Source of the DNA: Bdellovibrionales bacterium
Lineage (GTDB): Bacteria; Bdellovibrionota; Bdellovibrionia; Bdellovibrionales; JAMPXM01
Assembly: GCA_043739185.1 (NCBI GenBank)
Contig: JAYUEN010000100.1
Span: 1-19,771, forward strand
DNA length: 19,771 nt
Direction of reading: 5' to 3'
Shown here: in pieces, positions 15,336 to 19,771 of the stretch
How positions within the stretch are numbered: position 1 is the stretch's first letter
Layout: each line of letters opens with the position of its first letter
Made by a program: the position numbers and the translations under genes
The notes under the pieces: model-generated
The model's input: only the letters and a program-made list of their open reading frames with translations
Database searches by the model: none
Told to the model about the DNA's origin: nothing

Positions 15336-15650
15336 ATGGCTGAAAAAACTGAATCTGAATACTTTAGACGCTTTATACAATTTCAAATTTCAAAATATCT
15401 CTGGGGCCTCAGCGTTCTTTTGGCTTGGTTGACTCTATACTTTTATCAGTCATTTCATGTGCTCGTTAGCTCGGGACTTCTTTTACTTACACTTTTGATG
15501 TTTTATTTTGCCTACCGAATGACAAATCAATACCGTTGTATTAACCCAAGCTGCAATAAAATTCTAATTTTTTCCCATGGAAGCTCTGCCTCATCGGGCC
15601 TTAGTTCCTATTCAAAAAAATGTCCTCATTGTGATACAATACTTGCGTGA
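15336..15650 (+). CDS. Small 2-TM membrane protein with C-terminal zinc ribbon
   Basis: Two hydrophobic helices, then CINPSC...CPHC. Confidence 0.75.
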   Translation: MAEKTESEYFRRFIQFQISKYLWGLSVLLAWLTLYFYQSFHVLVSSGLLLLTLLMFYFAYRMTNQYRCINPSCNKILIFSHGSSASSGLSSYSKKCPHCDTILA

Positions 15651-15656
15651 TCTGAA

Positions 15657-16337
15657 TCAGCAGGATCCTGCGAGCAGGACGATAAATCCACACGGAATTA
15701 GACTTAAAAGTGTGAGTGCGACAGCTGCTGCGTTTTTTTCATAAGTTGTTTTTTCAGAAATATTTTTGGACCAAAAAAATCCTGCGAGCGCAGCCAGACC
15801 AGCTCCTGCAAGGGGCAAAGTCATTCCTCCGCGATTGTTCAAATAGGGATCGGATATGGCGCGAATGCCTCCGATATAAATCCAAAATGTAATTGCCGGC
15901 CCAGCGCAAGCCAGTGAAAACATCCAGGCTGACACGGGCCTGGTTTTGTTGACTAGAAAAAACACAAATAAATAAAGAAGTGGAATAACCGCAAAATACG
16001 AACGCAAGAACAACTGCTTGATTTCAAGAAAGCGCTCGCGGATTTGCGCGGACTTCTTTTTGACCAAATCTCGATGACCAATTGCCGCCATACACTTTTT
16101 CAAACTTTCATTTTTTTCTTCGGCCGAACTACCACCAGCATAGCAAAGCGCCCCTCCAGTCGCCTCCGCGAGCTTGGTATAAGTCGGATCTATTTTTCCG
16201 GCATTTTGGGCGGATTGTGTTTGTTTTGTCATTTGCTCATCTACCGAACGCCCTTGCAATTCTTGCCACAGCGGCCAATAGACGTAAATCGAAGCCATAA
16301 AAAATGTGCCTAAAATAACTATGAAAACTTTAAACAT
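15657..16337 (-). CDS. Membrane hypothetical protein (N-terminal anchor, soluble loop, about 4 C-terminal TM)
   Basis: Hydrophobicity pattern; ORF fills the gap between neighbouring genes; GAGGT lies upstream but distant. Confidence 0.75.
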   Translation of the reverse strand: MFKVFIVILGTFFMASIYVYWPLWQELQGRSVDEQMTKQTQSAQNAGKIDPTYTKLAEATGGALCYAGGSSAEEKNESLKKCMAAIGHRDLVKKKSAQIRERFLEIKQLFLRSYFAVIPLLYLFVFFLVNKTRPVSAWMFSLACAGPAITFWIYIGGIRAISDPYLNNRGGMTLPLAGAGLAALAGFFWSKNISEKTTYEKNAAAVALTLLSLIPCGFIVLLAGSC

Positions 16338-16514
16338 TATTCATAATAATGTGTGACCTCGATTAATATCAACGACAAAGCTTCTCTCAAATTCAATCCG
16401 TTGGTTTTGTCCGAAATCCGCTGAAATAGACTTCTCACTTTCTATGTGCGTATGCTTTGACTGATCAATTTAGACCAAGGAGTATTGTTATCACAATTTA
16501 ACTTTGGAGTAAAA

Positions 16515-16859
16515 ATGGCTGTAATAGAGTTGAACGGTAAAAACATTTTTGAAACTATTGTAAATAGTCTTTGCCTCTTCATAAATTTTTCTTCTCCTGA
16601 GAAAAAGCAAAGCATCGAATTTACAGATATGTTTGAAAAATTCTCAGAAAAACATAAAAGTGTCGTCTTTGGAAGAGTTAGAACAGAAATTGAGAACGAC
16701 ATCGTCGAAGGTTTCGAAATTACCAAAACTCCGACGCTTATAATTTATTTAGAAGGCCAAGAGTTGCGCAATATACCTGGGGGATGCGATGAAGCTACAA
16801 TGAAGGCGATTATTAACGATATTAAATACGACTTAGAACAAGAGGCGAAAAAGAAATAA
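16515..16859 (+). CDS. Thioredoxin-fold protein lacking the CXXC active site
   Basis: GGAG RBS before ATG 16515; aligns by eye to TrxA (INFSSP, FEKFSEKH, VFGRVRTE, FEITKTPTLII) but WCGPC is replaced by EKKQS. Confidence 0.82.
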   Translation: MAVIELNGKNIFETIVNSLCLFINFSSPEKKQSIEFTDMFEKFSEKHKSVVFGRVRTEIENDIVEGFEITKTPTLIIYLEGQELRNIPGGCDEATMKAIINDIKYDLEQEAKKK

Positions 16860-17034
16860 AGTCGTCATGCCCATCAAGCAATAGTTCCTACGGCCAAATT
16901 AAACTTAGCGGATTTCCAAAAGAGTTCGGCTTATAAAATTAGTAAATGCCCGTAATCTCTAGCGATATATAATCCCAATTTCTCGAACTCGTTCGTCATT
17001 GAACATCAAATTTGAAAAGGCCATTTCAATTTCC

Positions 17035-17050
17035 TGGCATATATAACGCA
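17035..17050 (+). promoter_or_regulatory. Possible sigma54 -24/-12 promoter of the ankyrin gene
   Basis: TGGCATATATAACGCA has GG-N10-GC spacing and ends about 45 nt before the ATG. Confidence 0.45.
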
Positions 17051-17093
17051 ACTGAAGATCGGAAATATAAAAATGTGAAGTGAGGCCGATTAT

Positions 17094-18257
17094 ATGAATA
17101 CTTTAATGACAAATTTAGTCATTTTATTTGCAGTTTCTTCAGCTCATGCCGTGAACCCGCAAGATCCTTGCTGGGCAAATGAGCGCAGCCGGATGGCGTG
17201 CTTTAAGGAAGTCGCGATTAAAGACGGTTCGTTTGCAAAGAATGCGAATCCCAAAAACGCGAAGAAAAAAGATGCTGACGGTACCACAATTCTTCATATG
17301 TTGGCCGCGAGCAACTCTGTCAGCGAGGCAAAGACGTTGCTTGCGGCAGGCGCTGATGTAAATGCGATATCTAGAATTCATGGGTCCCCTCTCAACGTTG
17401 CGGCCCAAGAAACGCAAATTGAAATGGTCGATCTTTTGCTTAGTCACGGTGCCAATCCAAATACGAGAGATCTGAATGGCTTCACGCCAATGATCTCAAC
17501 TCTCTGGCAAAATAATCCCGTCGGTGAAGGCATCGATACTGAAGCTCAAGGGGCAATTGTCGATTCACTCATTAAATATAAAGCGAATCTCGATCTCCCT
17601 GGTGAATTTGGTGATTATCCATTATGTATTGCAGTTTTTAACTCAAACTTCCGTCAAAAATTTTTAGCTGCGGGCGCAAGTCCCAATCTTCATGTTTCGC
17701 CCTATATTATGCCAAACGAAAAGTCGAAGCCTCTTTCAAAGTGGTTCGACACCCTGCCTGCGCTAGCTTGCGCGACTGAGAAGGACAATCGAAGCATGTC
17801 TTTCTCGAAAGTAAACGAAGCAATCTCGGACTTGCTTGCCGCTGGCGCCAAAGCTGATTCGCGCGGTCACTCGGGCAATTCAGCCCTTATGAATTTAGCC
17901 GCGAATGATAATGTCGAGGGCATTAAGCTCTTGCTACAAGCTCGTGCTCCTGCCAACGCAAAAAATAATTATGGTCAAAATGCGCTGATGATCGCAGTTC
18001 TGCGTACTGCCGATCCTAAAATCATCGAAGTTTTATTGCCACTCACGAATCTAAAAGCCAAAGACATCTACGGAAGAAGTATCCGAGACTACTTGGCTCA
18101 AAAAAATCGCCCAGAAGAAATAAATGGATTCGGATCAAATTCGGATTTGGGTTTCAATTGGACCATCCGAAAAAATCCCGAAAACCCAATGGCACCAAAT
18201 AACTTTGGAGTCATTAAAGACCTCTTTCAAGCGGCAGGTATTGAGCCAAATATCTAG
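17094..18257 (+). CDS. Secreted ankyrin-repeat protein
   Basis: GAGG RBS; signal peptide ending SAHA; repeats GTTILHMLA...LLAAGADVN, GSPLNVAA...LLSHGANPN, GNSALMNLA, GQNALMIAV. Confidence 0.92.
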   Translation: MNTLMTNLVILFAVSSAHAVNPQDPCWANERSRMACFKEVAIKDGSFAKNANPKNAKKKDADGTTILHMLAASNSVSEAKTLLAAGADVNAISRIHGSPLNVAAQETQIEMVDLLLSHGANPNTRDLNGFTPMISTLWQNNPVGEGIDTEAQGAIVDSLIKYKANLDLPGEFGDYPLCIAVFNSNFRQKFLAAGASPNLHVSPYIMPNEKSKPLSKWFDTLPALACATEKDNRSMSFSKVNEAISDLLAAGAKADSRGHSGNSALMNLAANDNVEGIKLLLQARAPANAKNNYGQNALMIAVLRTADPKIIEVLLPLTNLKAKDIYGRSIRDYLAQKNRPEEINGFGSNSDLGFNWTIRKNPENPMAPNNFGVIKDLFQAAGIEPNI

Positions 18258-18724
18258 ATCGGAAAAGCTTTGTCGCGAGGATAAAAAATTCCCTTCGGTC
18301 CGATTATCAGCACGGGCCAGTCCACACCGGCAATGAAAATCATCTCAACCTTGATTTGACCTCTGACAGGGCGCCATCCTTGAGGAATAAACTCAATCTT
18401 CCAAGCCGGACCGCTATTGGGAAAGAGCTCTGCATAGTATCGATCCGAATCAAGAGGGCTCTCGATACTGATCTCGGCAATCCCGTTTACTTTGTTGCCG
18501 CTCTCTAAGGCTCTGCATGCGTTGAGAATCTGCGGTCTTGCATTGATAACTAAGAGTGCTAGCAAAACCATAAAAACCGAGCCTATATAAAATCCGGGAT
18601 AAGGATGTACTAAGCCTACTAAGAATAAAAACACTGATAGAAAAATGCAGCCATTTCTTATCCAAAACAAGAGTCGAACATTTCCAATTTTTTTAAGATT
18701 TTCAATTTGTTTTTCAGTTGTCAT
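18254..18724 (-). CDS. Membrane hypothetical protein (2 TM plus small soluble beta domain)
   Basis: Two hydrophobic helices followed by a soluble domain; stop overlaps the ankyrin gene stop. Confidence 0.72.
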   Translation of the reverse strand: MTTEKQIENLKKIGNVRLLFWIRNGCIFLSVFLFLVGLVHPYPGFYIGSVFMVLLALLVINARPQILNACRALESGNKVNGIAEISIESPLDSDRYYAELFPNSGPAWKIEFIPQGWRPVRGQIKVEMIFIAGVDWPVLIIGPKGIFYPRDKAFPI

Positions 18725-19148
18725 TTTTTTATGAGTCTAGCTCTTTGAAAATTAACTGTCCATAAAATCAAGGCCCCCTGGCCGATGGAACCAAAAAAGG
18801 AAAAAATTCGGCTTGGCGTTTTGGCATCCTTACAAGACCCAGAGATAATCTCAAAATAGTACGATATCAGTAAAAAATTGTTATAAACTTGAAAACTCTA
18901 GCGTTTTTTATGGACTTGAAAGGGCATTTTTTTCTCCTTCCTCTCTCTTATAATGAAGATCCTCTGCTCAGAGTTTTTACAGTTAATCAAGGAGTCCTCA
19001 TTTGATATTGTTTACTTTGATTACATTAAAAAGTGATTTTTAAAATTCTACACATATTGATTTAGCACCTCTATTTAAAAATCTAGTTCTGTACGATAAT
19101 GAACTGGTAACGGGAGCTTTTGTGCTCTGTTTTATAAGGGGTTAGATA

Positions 19149-19694
19149 ATGAGTTCCAAAGTGAATTGTAAGTTGAGTGGTATTTTTAAAATATTCTTTT
19201 CACTTGCCGCAATTGCTTCTCAAAGCTGTAGTCCGGGTGAAACCTATAATTCATCAAAAAATTTACTCATGCAAAGTGAAGGCTCCGTGGGTGCCGGAGA
19301 CTCAGTCAATCAAACTTTGGGTACTGCAAGCTGTACTTTTGGCAACACAATACTTCCTCACGGACAAAGTGCGACCGGATATAATGCTCTAACTGTATCA
19401 AATGAAACAACTTGCGGTTCTCACTCGCTGTCCGTTAAATGCAATAACGGCGTTCTCAGCAATTTAGAATATAAGTATGATACTTGCACTATGCTTCCGC
19501 CAACAAATACTGCAGCGGATAGCTGCGCCGCTACTCCTGTAAGTGTTGAAATAAACGCCAGTCAAAGCTATCAAAGAGTTGCCACCGGAGCCTACCAGAA
19601 CATAGCCATACCCGCCATAAATTATGCCTACAATCCAAATATGCTCGTTGCTGGCGGCAGTTTTATTATTAAACTTACAGGCTTCTACGGTTGA
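19149..19694 (+). CDS. Exported protein or lipoprotein with a Cys-knotted module (CTFG...HGQSATGY...C...CNNGVLS...C)
   Basis: AAGGG RBS; hydrophobic N-terminus with possible lipobox SQS-C; S/T/N-rich composition. Confidence 0.75.
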   Translation: MSSKVNCKLSGIFKIFFSLAAIASQSCSPGETYNSSKNLLMQSEGSVGAGDSVNQTLGTASCTFGNTILPHGQSATGYNALTVSNETTCGSHSLSVKCNNGVLSNLEYKYDTCTMLPPTNTAADSCAATPVSVEINASQSYQRVATGAYQNIAIPAINYAYNPNMLVAGGSFIIKLTGFYG

Positions 19695-19771
19695 CTAAGG
19701 TTCCACCAAGTTTCGCATAGTTATGGGACTACTAACGCTTGCGATGCCAAGTAGTGTGCTAAACGCAGCCA

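Noticed and set aside
1506..19392. Numerous short antisense or alternate-frame ORFs (e.g. 1506, 3825, 4137, 4869, 6810, 8784, 13136, 14735, 16044, 17139, 19177)
   Set aside because: Shadow ORFs inside better-supported genes, with no RBS or motif support.
1..19771. CRISPR array, IS transposase, integrase, rRNA
   Set aside because: No regularly spaced 23-47-bp repeats, and no DDE, tyrosine or serine recombinase motifs or rRNA signatures seen.

Overview
Bacterial chromosomal window, probably from a Bdellovibrionota-type organism. That assignment is an inference from a TIGR02147/DUF4423 gene and many orphan Cys-rich secreted proteins. A minus-strand tRNA-Ser(GGA) at 3109-3198 splits the window. 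Left of its 3' end (1-3108) lies the end of a probable tRNA-integrated mobile element. It carries arm-site-like direct repeats, an XRE-HTH gene, an RHH-like gene, the antirestriction gene ardA, and an orphan 124-aa protein built from two internal repeats. ardA and the orphan each have a GC-rich, hairpin-forming leader (the two leaders share short motifs) and their own terminator, an arrangement resembling a leading-region anti-defence cassette. No integrase is present in the window. Right of the tRNA is a tightly coupled minus-strand operon: lipoprotein A, TIGR02147 HTH protein, paralogous lipoprotein B, SDR. The remainder holds a PAS-GGDEF diguanylate cyclase, a SAM methyltransferase, a large secreted protein with a Phi-1/EXORDIUM-like HExxE domain, a thioredoxin-fold protein without CXXC, a secreted ankyrin protein, and several orphan secreted or membrane proteins. 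All family assignments come from motif recognition by eye; no database search was run.
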